The notes: generated by a model from the sequence alone, not told the origin. A stretch of 62,503 nucleotides of DNA, filler included, from Rhabdomonas costata (GCA_019059605.1; 37 parts of 37 records of this genome joined end to end with filler, not necessarily neighbours in it); one strand, 5' to 3'. Positions 24,898 through 37,593 are shown, numbered from the whole stretch's first letter. Numbers and translations: made by a program.

Positions 24898-27800
24898 GTC
24901 AATGCGTGCGCGACTTTTCACCAACAACTTGGACAACTTGGAAATGGGAACACATGCTGTTTCACTTTGCTCTTTGTAATTTGCTCTTGAAACTGCGAAC
25001 AAAAATGCTTTGAGCTTTGGCCGTGGGGATTCCTTCTGACCAGGGAGGGCAACTTGTCTCTGGGATTCCTAATTTGAATAAAATTGGAAAGAAATAATGT
25101 TGCAAAATCGGGTTTGAAAACAGTTTTTCTTTGAAACAAAAACTCACTGAAATGAGACCTTAGGCCTTAGGAAAGGAAAAATTCTTATTTCGTACACAAA
25201 CAACAGCGGCGAGTACTGGCAGCGACGGTGGGACAGTTGGGCGGCCTCGCCCCTCACTTTTTAAGGGAGCTCCACCCCCCCCCNNNNNNNNNNNNNNNNN
25301 NNNNNNNNNNNNNNNNNNNNNNNNNNNTTAATTAATTAANNNNNNNNNNNNNNNNNNNNNNNNNNNNNNNNNNNNNNNNNNNNTGTGGTGGGTGTGGTTG
25401 GGTTGTTGGGTAGTAGGGAGAGGGGGGGATCAAAGGGAGGTATCCTTCTTCTCAGATGCGGGGAAGCGGGACAGCGAAAGGTTATTCGTTTTACATTACA
25501 AAGGTTCTTTTTATTGCTTGGGTGGAACGTTCTGGTGCCTTCTTCAGGGAGGAGACGAAGCTGGGCTGTTGCCATCAGTTGTTCACTGTAGCGCTTGGAA
25601 AATAATGCGAATTATAAGGCATTGTATTCGGCGGTGCTGCAGCACCGTTCACAGACACAGGAATGATAAAAAGTGATTAAATGCAGTCAACCTTGCTGCT
25701 GCTTCGCCCGCGAGACTGGCTTGCCGCCCCTAAAAAACGTTCTGACCTTTCCTTTGCCTACCACCTCCCTTCGTTTTCGGTCAGGTCCGAGATGCAATGA
25801 ACGATGTTAACAGTTTCGCCTATTACGGAGTGTAGCAGTTTTTTCCGTGCCCCCTGCGGCCGCCGGTGTAGTCGGAGATGTATCCGGCACAGTTTTATCC
25901 GCAGAGATGGAGGGAGGGAGAGAGAGAGAGAGAGAACACACAACCCCACGGCATCCACGGGACCAGCGTTTTCTGATCAAGCATCCCGGCCTTCACACGC
26001 GTTCTGAGTTTTGAGTTTGCGGTTGAACGTGCCATGTAAATTTATTTTGTGCCGAATCCCCCTTTCCCGGTCATATATAAAAAGCACAAAACACAAGAAC
26101 ATCATTGCGCGAAAAACGTGAACAAGCATAGTTATAATAGTTATAGTTGCTTCCCGCTTCGTGCTTGGGACGTGGTTTCGGGACATCCCCTGGGTGCAAA
26201 CCACAGCGCCGCCGCCAGAGGCTTATCGCGCGGTTTGCCGGTTTGCACCTCCGAACGAGTAAGCCGAATGGGAACTTTTGGGTACCGACACTATTGCCTT
26301 CGAACGTGGGTTATCCAAAATGGGAACGCCCGCGGTGGTCCCTTGTCAGGCTTTAATCGGATTTTGATAGAAATTACGAGCGTAGCACCGGGAAGGGGGC
26401 GGGGAAGCGATCACCAAGTTCCAGGGGCACGAGAAGCGGGGTGAAAGCGAGATGTATTGGATTTTGGTCGGGCGGCACGGGATGTTGCATGGCACTTTGG
26501 GTTATCTCTCTCTCTCCCCCCTCCCCCTCTTTTTGGGCCTCCGTCGATTACATCTGCCGTTATGCTGATTGCTGGATCTTGACTCTGAATTTGAAAGAGC
26601 AAGCCCAATGCCTAACACCCCCTTTGCCCATAAATCGGCAATACGCCGGAGCAAACCTTAGGGTGGTGGAGAGAGACCGAACCACTGCATCTAGGAGGGA
26701 GATGACGAAGGCATCGACCGACATCCATCCTTTTAGCTTCTCGGTCCCCCTGTCGCCTCAGCCCTCCATGGCGTCGAGGTACGAGATGGCATGGAGGGAT
26801 GAGAGAGGTGAACGAGTGGACCGGGTACCGGGGAACGAGTGAACCATCATGCATAGGGAGGAACGACCGGAACGCAGTGAAGGGAGCGACGACCGGCAAG
26901 AACACAAATTACCCCTTGAAGGCATTCTTACACCCCTTGAAGCCCTCAGGTAAGAGGGTAAGTGTACCCAACACACNNNNNNNNNNNNNNNNNNNNNNNN
27001 NNNNNNNNNNNNNNNNNNNNTTAATTAATTAANNNNNNNNNNNNNNNNNNNNNNNNNNNNNNNNNNNNNNNNNNNNTGGTTTTGGGTGTTTACCGCCCCG
27101 CTTCCCGCTCGAACTCCAAGGCTGGCTACTGGCCTGTCAGGTCTTTTCTGGGGAAACCCCCGATGATCTCCCGTTTCAGCGTGTCATTTAGTGTCCTAAA
27201 ATGCCCCCTCCCCCGATTCCACAAGTCTGATTCGGAGGGCTCTCTTGTTGCTTGCCAAGCATCTTCAACCCGATTTTTGGGTGCGGTCTCCAGCTCCAGT
27301 TCTGTTCACAACGACACAAACACACACACGACAAAAACACTCACGCGGGATTACGCTCAGCACTGGGCAACGCAAGAAGACCAATGAGAAATGGAGGACA
27401 AGAGAAAACCGCCAAGGCGGACACGACGCAGTTTTGCGTACCGTCCTTGAAGTTCTCATGTTTCAGCCCACTGGCCACCATGATCCATCCAATGCAGCCC
27501 TGACAACCCACAAATGTAATATGAAGGGAAAAAATATGAAAGGAAGGCAGCCTAACGGGTCACAGTGGAGGCCTAAACACAACGCGAAAATCTGAGGCGC
27601 AGGCAAAGGAACTTCAACTGGCAACAGAAATCCCACGTAGCGGTGGGAAGGAAGTTCCGCAAGACCCTCGGGACCGCTTGATCTGTCACCGCTTGGTGGT
27701 GGTGGTAGTGGTGGCTGCGGGTTACCGTTTGAGAGAGACAATAAGGTGGAGCTTTTGAATGCAGCCGTGCGGATGCGGGGGCGCTCCAATCTTGCTAGTC

Positions 27801-28061
27801 CTGCTAGTCCTGGCTCGTTATTCACTCATATGAAATCCGGGGAGGTGCAAGGCACGAGGTGAGGGAAGAGGTTAGGCCACTAATGGGAAGGCGCGCAATA
27901 ATTAGCATTAGCAATGCTACTATGGCCCAAGTTTTAATTTGAATGAAAATGTACACCTCTCTCAGCGGTAAAAAGATACAGTGAACAAGCGCAACAGTGG
28001 TGCTCACACAGCGAGCTAACGGGTAGGGGAGCTGACGGAGAAAATGGGGGAGGGGTGCTAC

Positions 28062-28499
28062 CTGGAGCCCCAGAAGGACGACCAGCCCAAGCAGGCGAGG
28101 GTGGGCTCTCTGAGGGATATACTTCTGCACAAACCCATCCCACCCTCGACACCTCCTCGAGCAAAAAAAAAGTGAAGAAGAAGGCAGGCCTGTAAAATCC
28201 ACAAACAAACGGCAAAAAACTCTGCGAGCGCTGCAAGTTCCTCTGGGGATGCTTCTCTGCCTCAATATTCTGAAGCCTCGGCGCTCTCTTTTTAAATTTG
28301 GTAGCGCTATCTTATTTCCCTCTAAAATCATGGACGTGTGCCCCGGAACTGCGGGCAGGAGAACAGGCTCACCTTGCGGGCGAAGTACAGGTAGGGCAGC
28401 ACCAGCGCTGCGCCACAGACTCGGCCCAGGACGCGGTGGAACCACTCCCAGAAGAAGATCTGCTTGAAGTCCGAAAGGGTGAACTTCGAGGAGTCTCTC
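28062..28499 (-). CDS. COX15: Heme A synthase, partial, spliced
   Basis: Exons 28499-28373 (FTLSDFKQIFFWEWFHRVLGR...LPYLYF) and 28124-28062 (RLLGLVVLLGLQ); ExxHR heme-ligand motif. Confidence 0.93.
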
Positions 28500-29295
28500 C
28501 TAACGGCAGGCACGGACAAAAAATAGACGGAAAGAAAGGAGAGGCCAAGGGCATTTCTCAGGATAGCAATATCCATTCCTTGTGTAACTGCACAGCTCGC
28601 TTGCACCTCACAACAAGGGAGATTACATTTGAGTGCGCTGGAAGCAGTCGAACAGGAACCACAAACCCNNNNNNNNNNNNNNNNNNNNNNNNNNNNNNNN
28701 NNNNNNNNNNNNTTAATTAATTAANNNNNNNNNNNNNNNNNNNNNNNNNNNNNNNNNNNNNNNNNNNNAGAGGTGGGGGGCGGATGATTGTGCATAAGAG
28801 GGGTTCTGCAAATTGGGCGCTGGGGCTTGACCAATTATGTGAAAAAAGTGTCGTCCAAGCAGGTGAACACGGCGGCGCCTTATGCGATCACACGTCACAC
28901 GGAAGAAGCGGTGGAAGGGTTTTTCGTACAAGAAGAGAAAACAGTAAGGGCCGCCGCCAGCCAGAGATGCGAGAACCAAGCTTCGCTTCACTGCGTACAG
29001 TAAAAAAACTCGTGGCGTTTCGGATGGGAGAAACATTCACAATCATTTGAGAATATAACGTTCACTGACACCGACGAAGAACAAAGGGAACGACAAAACC
29101 GCTGACCATCTCTTCGCGGTCTACACAGTAACAACATTCAAGACCTCAGCTGCTTTGTATGAGCACCGGGCAACTTCTGCAGCAGATCTGTTCGTTCGGT
29201 TTCTTCTTGAAATTCCGCAGCGCACCGCACTGGACGGGCACAGGCCGCAGGTCCAACCCACTTCGGTAATAAGGGGAATCCCTCATAATGGGGGA

Positions 29296-30159
29296 TTACT
29301 CGCTTCCTTCCGGTGCGGAGTCCTTGCGAAAGATCTTCCCAAACATTTGCTTCTCTTTGGAGGCATGGGCAGCAATGTCCTGCCGGAGCTTCGCCTCAAC
29401 CCCGCGGAGCTCTGCGCTGTCGGGCTCCACAGCCCGCCACCTTTCCAGTATCTCCCGGCAGCGCTCGTGCTCGTGTTGGGTAACATAGGTTTGGGAGAGC
29501 CGGAACAACGCCTTGGGGTGTGCGGGATCCATCTTGAGCACTTCCTGGGCAGTCTGCACAACCTGTCGCAAAAAACAAATGCACAAGCATACGAACAATG
29601 AAGAGAACAGGAGAAGGCAGTGCACTGCTAGCCCATCCTGAAGAATACAGGTGAGTTTGAGGTCAATTACAGAGACCTCCCGTATGTTAGGGACTGTGCC
29701 GCACCAAAATAAAAATGCAAAGGAACACCACGAATGCAGAACAATGCATAGTTCCCTTTCAAGACGATTCACTTCGTCTTCAAGGATGAATAAAGATGGC
29801 ATCGTTTCCCCATAACTCAACCGGGTCCCCAATTAATTATAGAGGGGAATCAACATCTGGGTTAACTGAAATGAGCCGCATGAAATGTTGGTGCGGATGT
29901 GGATGCGCGGGGAAATAGTATTCACCTTGGTCAGGTCGCCTTGCTTCGACCAGCATTGCATTGTGTTGGAGAGCAGGCTGAGCCGGAGGGCCTTTTTTTG
30001 GGCCTGCAGCTCAGTGCGCTGCTCCTCGGTAAGCTTCACTGGGGGTTCAGCGGTGGGCACCCCGCCGCTGCCAAGCATCTTCTTTGCCTCCTCGTACTTT
30101 CCACGGGCCCCGGCGAAGTCCTGCTTCGAGAAAAGCTGGTTGCCCTCGTTCCGAAAGAC
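29296..30159 (-). CDS. TPR-domain protein (FKBP/Cyp40-type C-terminus), last two exons
   Basis: Exons 30159-29926 (RNEGNQLFSKQDFAGARGKYEEA...LLSNTMQC) and 29562-29296 (VLKMDPAHPKALFR...KEKQMFGKIF...stop). Confidence 0.9.
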
Positions 30160-31017
30160 CTGGGGCATGCAGAGATGAGCCAGCCGCTGCTCTACAGCAC
30201 TCAGTTAAAGCACAATAACGTCTCACTAACTTGCAATGGTGCATTGGGTGATCTCATAAACCTGAGCACAACTGTGCATAATAAAAAGTGCGCGCGCAGG
30301 AGTCCGCAAACCCAAATGCTGACACATGGAAAAACACCCTGATAGGGTCCAAAACCACCCNNNNNNNNNNNNNNNNNNNNNNNNNNNNNNNNNNNNNNNN
30401 NNNNTTAATTAATTAANNNNNNNNNNNNNNNNNNNNNNNNNNNNNNNNNNNNNNNNNNNNGGTTTTGGTTCTGAGTGTTGATTGCACATTCATCTTGGGA
30501 AAAAATGGTAAATTACACACGTGATATCTGGCAGCATTTACCCTCAGGAGACCAATGCGTTTTCTCCTTGAACCAGCACCTGTCTCCGAAAATTCTGTGG
30601 GAACAGGCTTTTCCGTGATGCAAACCAAATTTTTACCTTAGTACCTATGCAACGCTAGCGGGTTCATCGGCTGGCATGATTTTGGTCCCTTGTATTACAT
30701 TTTCAGTACGAGAGGTTGCCGCATGTCCTTCGTCATTTGAGTCCACTGCTTCGTCGTTCTAGCGTTCGTCTTTCTTAGTATTATCAATTTTCCTTATTTT
30801 TTTGCATTGGTTGGGGCAATATACTTTACTGAGTCCATGATGAGTTTGTTGCTTGAATATTCTGCTTCCCCTGTTGTAATCATAAACCAGAGCTTGGGAG
30901 CTAAGTGCAACTCTTTTGTCGGTAACCGGGGTTCTCTGATCTGTCTTCGTGTTTTCTTTTTTTTTTCATTGCAGTTCTTCCACATAGACTGGTTTTAGCT
31001 GGTTTTGATTTAAGCAC

Positions 31018-32051
31018 ATGCAGAACGACGAGGTTTCCACGGGGCTTTCTCCTCAGTTTTCAGCCACTGATGCGGTTATGGACCAGTCCACTCCCGCTGT
31101 GAGCTCGCCCAACGCACTTCCAGCCGATGCCCTGCAAGTTACTCCCGCCGAGCTATCAGCGGTCAGCCAAGCACTGAACGCACAAGCAGCGCAACAGACA
31201 GCGACGGGCTCTATGGCTTTCCCCTCCCATGCTGATGGCTCGCTGTTATCAAATGCGTTACCCTCGCAGCTCTCTCCCAGTGCTACGGCACCCGGAATTC
31301 CAGCTGAGCAAACTGCAGGTACTGTAGACCAAACTGCTACTGTTTCCGCACACGTTGGCATGGGCAACACCAACCAATCTGATTCAACCTTCACTGCTCC
31401 CCATATGCATCCTACCCTGCCTTCGGAAACCCCCGCAGCAGATCCATTTACCTCAGTTTCTACGCCTGTCACCTCCTTGGAGCTGTCGACAAACCCAGCC
31501 ACTGCCGCAGAAAAATCATTACCAGGAATTCCCCTAACGGTACTCGGCGTCACTGGAGCTGCAGATCCGTTTTTCGGCGAGCCCTCCGCTTTAAAAACTC
31601 CCCCTGAACCAGCCCCAGCTTCTGTGGCGATCGCAGAGCCACTGGGAAACCACATGGACCCTTGTGGAGTGCAAGTACATGCCCCATTTCTTGCTCAGAT
31701 CATCTCGGTCGTCAGCCCAAATTTGCCTCTGGAGCTGGGTTTTTCTCCGCCGTCATTGTTGAAGTCTCCTCCCTCGAGTCCTGACGCCGCAGCTTCCAGC
31801 GGGCATGCTGCTGGTACCCCTCTAAAGCTCACAGCCCCCGTACAACTTGGAGCATCGACTGACGCCGGCCTCTTGGAAACACTTCCTGCCTTCCAACAGC
31901 TTACACCCTGCGCCGGCCTTCCCCATGGCCCGGGGTCCGTTTCCTTTTGCACGGGTCTTTCTCAAGAGGCAGTCCCCGGCAGCTCCAGCGCTCCTGCTAT
32001 TGCCCAGCTTTTTTCCGACAATCTTCCGCCCAACTCAGCCAGCGAAGCTAA
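31018..32051 (+). CDS. Ala/Ser/Pro/Thr-rich low-complexity protein, 5' portion
   Basis: ATG-initiated ORF of over 340 codons after a pyrimidine-rich tract, open to the contig end. Confidence 0.55.
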
Positions 32052-32151
32052 NNNNNNNNNNNNNNNNNNNNNNNNNNNNNNNNNNNNNNNNNNNNTTAAT
32101 TAATTAANNNNNNNNNNNNNNNNNNNNNNNNNNNNNNNNNNNNNNNNNNNN

Positions 32152-33140
32152 ATGGTCAGTGTACACAACTTCCACTCCAACGACACCACGGATACGTTCA
32201 CCAGTGATGCCTTCTGTGTGATTATGTAGACGTAACTGGTCTGACCACACACCAAAGAATATCGCGTAAAGCAAGCACACAAATAACACACAAGATACAC
32301 CATATAAACACACGCTAACACCTATGCACGACTCGAAACAAGAGAAGAACACACTGTATAAGTAACCAGAGAAACAACGAAGGCAGGGAACCGAATGCAG
32401 AACCGAACACCACATCCAACCAACCCTCGGACACCCCAACACCAAAGGACACACACAGTAACATCGACAACAAGGGGCGGAGATATAAGGTAGCTGACCA
32501 ACATGCCATGAAGTAATGAAAACAGTCCCTGTGGTTTCACAACTCGACACCGCTCCACAAACCCGTACCACCAACCTAGCCAAAGTCTCATCATCAATTT
32601 AACCCACAACCAAGCACACTCCAAACCAGCACCCACACCACACAGCACCTCCAACCGACCAAGCCGCACCACCAAAAGAACCATTAACACCGCGCAACAT
32701 CACTCCACGAAGCAAAGAAGACGAAGCATGAGACCACAAGCACAAGACCAAGAAACCTCCTGCAGCTAAAATATGCCACTCAATGCCACCACAAATATGC
32801 CACCAATGTAAAAGGTCACGCCGTAAACGCATCCCAAGCACCAAACCCACGCATAGATGCAACCACAAATACCGAAGACAAACTGAGACCATGAACCCAC
32901 GCACCACTCAAGAAGGCAAACGTGCGTATCCAAGACCGTAACCATCACCACAAACCACGAAATATCAACACAAAAAAAACCAACACAGAAATGAAGCCCT
33001 GAAACCGGAATGCAACATGAAGCCATAATACCGATAATAATGCCAAAAGAAGCAGCAACACACGCATGAGACAGCCAATACAACAATACCACATCGAGAA
33101 ATCCGAAACAGAACCCCAATAACCACCGCATCAAATGCAT
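32152..33140 (-). pseudogene. Divergent, frameshifted nad4-like mitochondrial-type sequence (NUMT or cryptogene)
   Basis: Strong G/T skew on the minus strand; hydrophobic overlapping ORFs carry nad4-like motifs in the expected order: FLDVVLLY...IIGI, HxWxxxxxxE, LLHG...RGL, FSG...LLY...FG. Confidence 0.45.
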
Positions 33141-34097
33141 GGAACACCACTAGTTCAAGAATTCCGGGACAACCCCACTTTTGCGTATACCGAGATGTAG
33201 GCAATGGTCTCGGGGCATGCGGCCTCTTGATGTCGCTGATGGCTGATGGCTTGCACTATGTTCCTGTCACCAATCCCTTGTACAACCCATAAGGTAAAAT
33301 AGCCTTGTAGCCCCAACACACTCCACTACGTGCCCTGGTTTGGGGACCCTATAAGAATAGCTTCTGGCATGCCAGGATGCACGAAGATAACTCTACTGGT
33401 GCAAATGCCTTCCACTGCGTCCGTTGCTTCCGTTAAGGGCCCATCTGCGTCCATAGAAATGCCGATAATGGCCCAAAGCCACGCCCTACGTATTTTGTTG
33501 TGGCCTTCTTCCGCATAGCGCAGGTTACCAGAAAAAGGCCGGGGGGGCCGCATTGGGCTAACAAAGGAATAAAGTGAATGGATTGGAAAAACGTTGGGGA
33601 AGGGCAAAGGATCCAAAGGATGCGGCCGGAGGCACAAGGAAGGGCGTAAAAAGGGGGAGGTGGCGCGGGCAAAAAAAAAGTGGGAAAGCGAGAAATGACC
33701 AAAGCCCACCAAAGCAACGCACGGGGAAATCACCACCCACCAANNNNNNNNNNNNNNNNNNNNNNNNNNNNNNNNNNNNNNNNNNNNTTAATTAATTAAN
33801 NNNNNNNNNNNNNNNNNNNNNNNNNNNNNNNNNNNNNNNNNNNGTGGTGTGGTACCACAATAGTTAGTATGGGGAGGCTATGGCACGTGGCCTGAGGGGC
33901 TTTGAACACTGGTAAAATTGCTACCACTGGTAACCGTTACCGTTATCAAACAATTTCGTAAGTATGGACACCACCATACTGATCTTCTGGGAGTACGACA
34001 CCGAGAGGCAAGCAAGCATGACAACTGTAAACCCAAATCCAAGTCGGATTGCACCAAATGGCAAGCGTCGCAGGTCACGGTACAGGGGCCCACCTAC

Positions 34098-34999
34098 CTG
34101 GTAGCTCGAGACGCACCCCAGGATGTTATGGTAGAGGTCAGACTGCACCCCGGTGACACGCTTCTTCCACCCTTGCAACCGCCGACGGGCGTTTGCCAGG
34201 GTGCTGAAGGTCATCGGCGCTCCACCACCTCTGTGGCGCCGTGTGGTTTTGCCTCGGCCCTCGTGGCCTGAGGGTAGACCGCACAGACAAAAGTAAGAAG
34301 AGAGATGGAACAAAAGTGTATATGTGCATGTCATTTAACACATCCACAAAGCATGGCCCGGAAAACCAATCTTCGACTGCGCAGTTCATACCATCGTTGT
34401 CCTCGTCGCTGCTCTCTTCATCGGAGTCAAACACGGGCTCGATGAACTTCTCAAAGACCTTTTCGTATTCGAATTGGCCCACCTCCTCCTCATCCTCGGA
34501 GCCGTCCTCCACGATCAGGCCATAGTCCGGGTCCTCCCTGTACCCCCAGCCGAGATGAGGCGAGGCGACTCATGACGTCAAAAGCAAGAACTCATTCAAG
34601 TCAAAAAAGTACGAAGAAGACCCCGAAAAAGAATGGGGGCTGAAACCGAAGCGCTCCGAAATCGTAAACCCTGATGCGCAGTAAAATTTCTCACTTTGAG
34701 GTAACGCCTGAAAAATTACCAACGTGCAACCAATTCAACTATTGTAATGGACATACACCGGTGCCCACGGCCACGGCACAACACGGAAGCACACCTGGTG
34801 CGGGTGAACTGGTCCAGGTACTGCACCAGGTTGTCCACAATGGCCTTGCGCTCGTCGCCCAAGGGGTCAAGCTTATCCAGTTCCACAGTGTACCCAGAAC
34901 CAAAGTCGGATTCCACCCCGCTAGAGGCCGCGATCATGGTGCGCATCGTGTTCAGGCCCTCGGCCAAGGCCGTGGCCAAGGCATTTTCAGGTTCAGGAG
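34098..34999 (-). CDS. Hypothetical protein with acidic region, three exons
   Basis: Exons 34999-34795, 34537-34392 and 34267-34098 splice in frame by GT-AG with high GC3. Confidence 0.75.
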
Positions 35000-35329
35000 C
35001 TGTGCGGGGGGTATGTGTGAGTTGACCGCATGGCGCGCTGTTTGTTGCGGGCTGCTATTTCTTCCCTCAAGCCGCTCAGCAGGTCAAGTTATCACTTTTA
35101 ATGATCCACGTGCGAGAGAGAAAAAGCTTTTCTCACACGAATCCCATTTCTCAAAAGGTGCGCTTTTCAATTGGTGCGGCCTTTGTCAGTATGATTTGAT
35201 CCTTCATAGTCCCAAGCCCCAGTGAATACTAATACGCCTCCTTAAAATACAACTGTGCATCGCTCTGCCAGGCAGGGGAAGGACAAAAAACATGTATTCC
35301 CGGCAGGTGCGACATTTGGGCAACGCCGA

Positions 35330-35434
35330 AGCAGGCCCGGGGTCTTTTCAATGTGCAGTGGGCCTCCCGAAATGCTCCGTGCCCGGTCCTTGCATCCTCA
35401 GGCCGCTACCCACCCGTGCCCCTTGGCGTCTCTT
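35330..35434 (+). repeat. Dispersed repeat family B, copy 1
   Basis: Aligns to 37489-37593 (gcaggcccggg...cagtgggcctcccgaaa...ctcaggcc...tacccacccgtg...ccttggcg). Confidence 0.9.
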
Positions 35435-36132
35435 NNNNNNNNNNNNNNNNNNNNNNNNNNNNNNNNNNNNNNNNNNNNTTAATTAATTAANNNNNNNNNN
35501 NNNNNNNNNNNNNNNNNNNNNNNNNNNNNNNNNNGGGTTTGGGTCCAGGCTGTGGATTTCAGGCCGAACTCGAAGGGATCTGCCGATCAAACGAGAATAT
35601 ATATAAGTGGCTTTGAGGGTGGTGAACGTTTAACAGCCTAAATGAAGTTCAATGGAGTTCAGTTTCAGTTTTTGTCCCCAAAGCCTTTGTGGCCATTATT
35701 GATTTTTGCATGAAAAAATGGAGTTAACTGGCGTAAAAGGAATTTCCGACACTCCGAGCCATTTTTACTCAGCCCGTTCGGCGTGGGTGGCAATTTGTAA
35801 TGTGGGGGATGCTGTCGTTAAATCCTCCGCTGCATAACGCAAAGGAGTGCGAAAGGAGCACCTGCGTTACCTACAACAGCGTACCTTTGCCGGGGATTTT
35901 TTTAGGCCAAGTTGGGGCAAACGACACCGCGGCTGTTTTCAGCCGACTGAATTTTTATTTGCAGTCAAAATGCAATTGAATCCGCAAGATTTACCTGCAA
36001 ATTAACAACAGGTAACATGGGCAAGACAGTGCGGCGAGTTCGCAGCAAAGAACACTGGTCAATTTTGGCGATTCGGGAAAGACACGGGGAGGGCACGGCC
36101 ACCACGGGTAGGGAAGGGGAAGGGCCACGCAC

Positions 36133-36804
36133 CCCTTGGGGTTCTTCCAGTTGGAGATGCAAGGGGGAATTTTCCACTCGGCCATGTCCTTAACCGACAG
36201 CTTGCGCGGGGGAGAGTGTACCACCGGAACAGGAGGGGACGGAGGTCCTGCAACGAAGACAGGGGCCACGCGTGCATATATTTTGTTGTGTGAATGACTG
36301 GTAACCACATTTCCAGAACAGAAAAAACCTCCAGGAACGCGCTTGTGGCGAAACTTTGGGGGTTCCAGAGGGTCTTTCTGGGCCTCCACCATCCTGATAA
36401 TTCGGTTGGGCTGCCCACTGTTGTGCGCAGGGTTCTGCTGCTTCGGGGTGTACCGAACGAATGTAGGCTGGCTGTTAGTAACCGTGGGCTTGACGGTACT
36501 CGACGATTCGCTTTTCAGCAGGAGAGCGGCGGTCTGCTTTGAAAGCTCTGCAGTTTCCTCTTCCTGCACAAAACCCATTCATCAGTAAACGCCGGTCTGT
36601 GAATGAGGCTTCTAAAGTGAAGAGTAGAAAGCATCAAAAATGCAGCAAGGCGCACCGAGGGTCTTGCCAGCTCCGCAGGAACGTAGAGCTTGGATTCCAC
36701 ATATGGAACCACTGCACTACGCGTCAAGGTATTCGCCGACACTTTCTTCCCCATTCCGAGAGGATATTGGGGTACATGAATTTCAGGAAAAGCACCCCCA
36801 TCTC
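36133..36804 (-). CDS. SNW1: SNW/SKIP (Prp45) splicing factor, partial, spliced
   Basis: Exons 36804-36656 (DGGAFPEIHVPQYPLGMG), 36563-36329 (VRYTP...RIIRMVEAQKDPLEPPKFRHK), 36247-36133 (PPSPPVPVVHSPPRK...WKIPPCISNWKNPKG). Confidence 0.96.
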
Positions 36805-37027
36805 CTGCAAACAACCATTCGACCGTCAATCACCGCAGCGACCGAACAAGTATAAAGAGGATCCGTACATAAATAGATGAATGGTTCAGCGCCGAAGCTG
36901 AGCCATTTTCTGAAAATCCATTATTTCCCGACTCTCAAAGATGATGATGGGTCTCTTTGAATTCGGATGCGGATATGGTTTAACAACTACGGAGTCAACC
37001 GATCCCTTGCTCCGAGAGATGTCCATC

Positions 37028-37120
37028 TGTGTTTAGGACCGTAACGGGGTTAGGTCTGTGGTGTTCGTCCGACTGTTATGCGAAAACAACAGACCTAACC
37101 CCGTTACGGTCCTAAACACA
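37028..37120. repeat. Perfect 32-bp inverted repeat at contig end
   Basis: 37028-37059 is the reverse complement of 37089-37120. Confidence 0.95.
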
Positions 37121-37488
37121 CACNNNNNNNNNNNNNNNNNNNNNNNNNNNNNNNNNNNNNNNNNNNNTTAATTAATTAANNNNNNNNNNNNNNNNNNNNN
37201 NNNNNNNNNNNNNNNNNNNNNNNTCTCACAGCCCCTTGGTAAACCAACCTTTCCGTTGAGCGTTATCTGGAACAAAAGCCGGCAGATTGGGGTTATGTGT
37301 TTTCTGCTTCAGACAGCAGTAGAGGCCAACGATGAAGTATCCCAGCTAAGAGTAAGCGGTTAGTATTAACTTGTAACTGAATTCAGTTTACTTTCGTTTG
37401 CTATTCCGCACTTTGCTCAATCTGTAACAACACATTTGCTTTCCTTAGATAATTGTGTATACGAAGTTTTTCCGAGGGCATAGTTGAA

Positions 37489-37593
37489 GCAGGCCCGGGT
37501 TTTTTCTATGTACAGTGGGCCTCCCGAAACGCTGCGTGGCCGGTTCTTGCACCCTCAGGCCGGTACCCACCCGTGTCCCTTGGCGGTCTCTTC
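37489..37593 (+). repeat. Dispersed repeat family B, copy 2
   Basis: Aligns to 35330-35434. Confidence 0.9.

Noticed and set aside
30469-30478. ttctgagtgt resembling part of the euglenid spliced leader
   Set aside because: Only 10 nt, overlapping the contig-start tail, with no donor or Sm site
37028-37120. Hairpin upstream of SNW1 as a regulatory element
   Set aside because: Same contig-end fold-back pattern; probably an artefact
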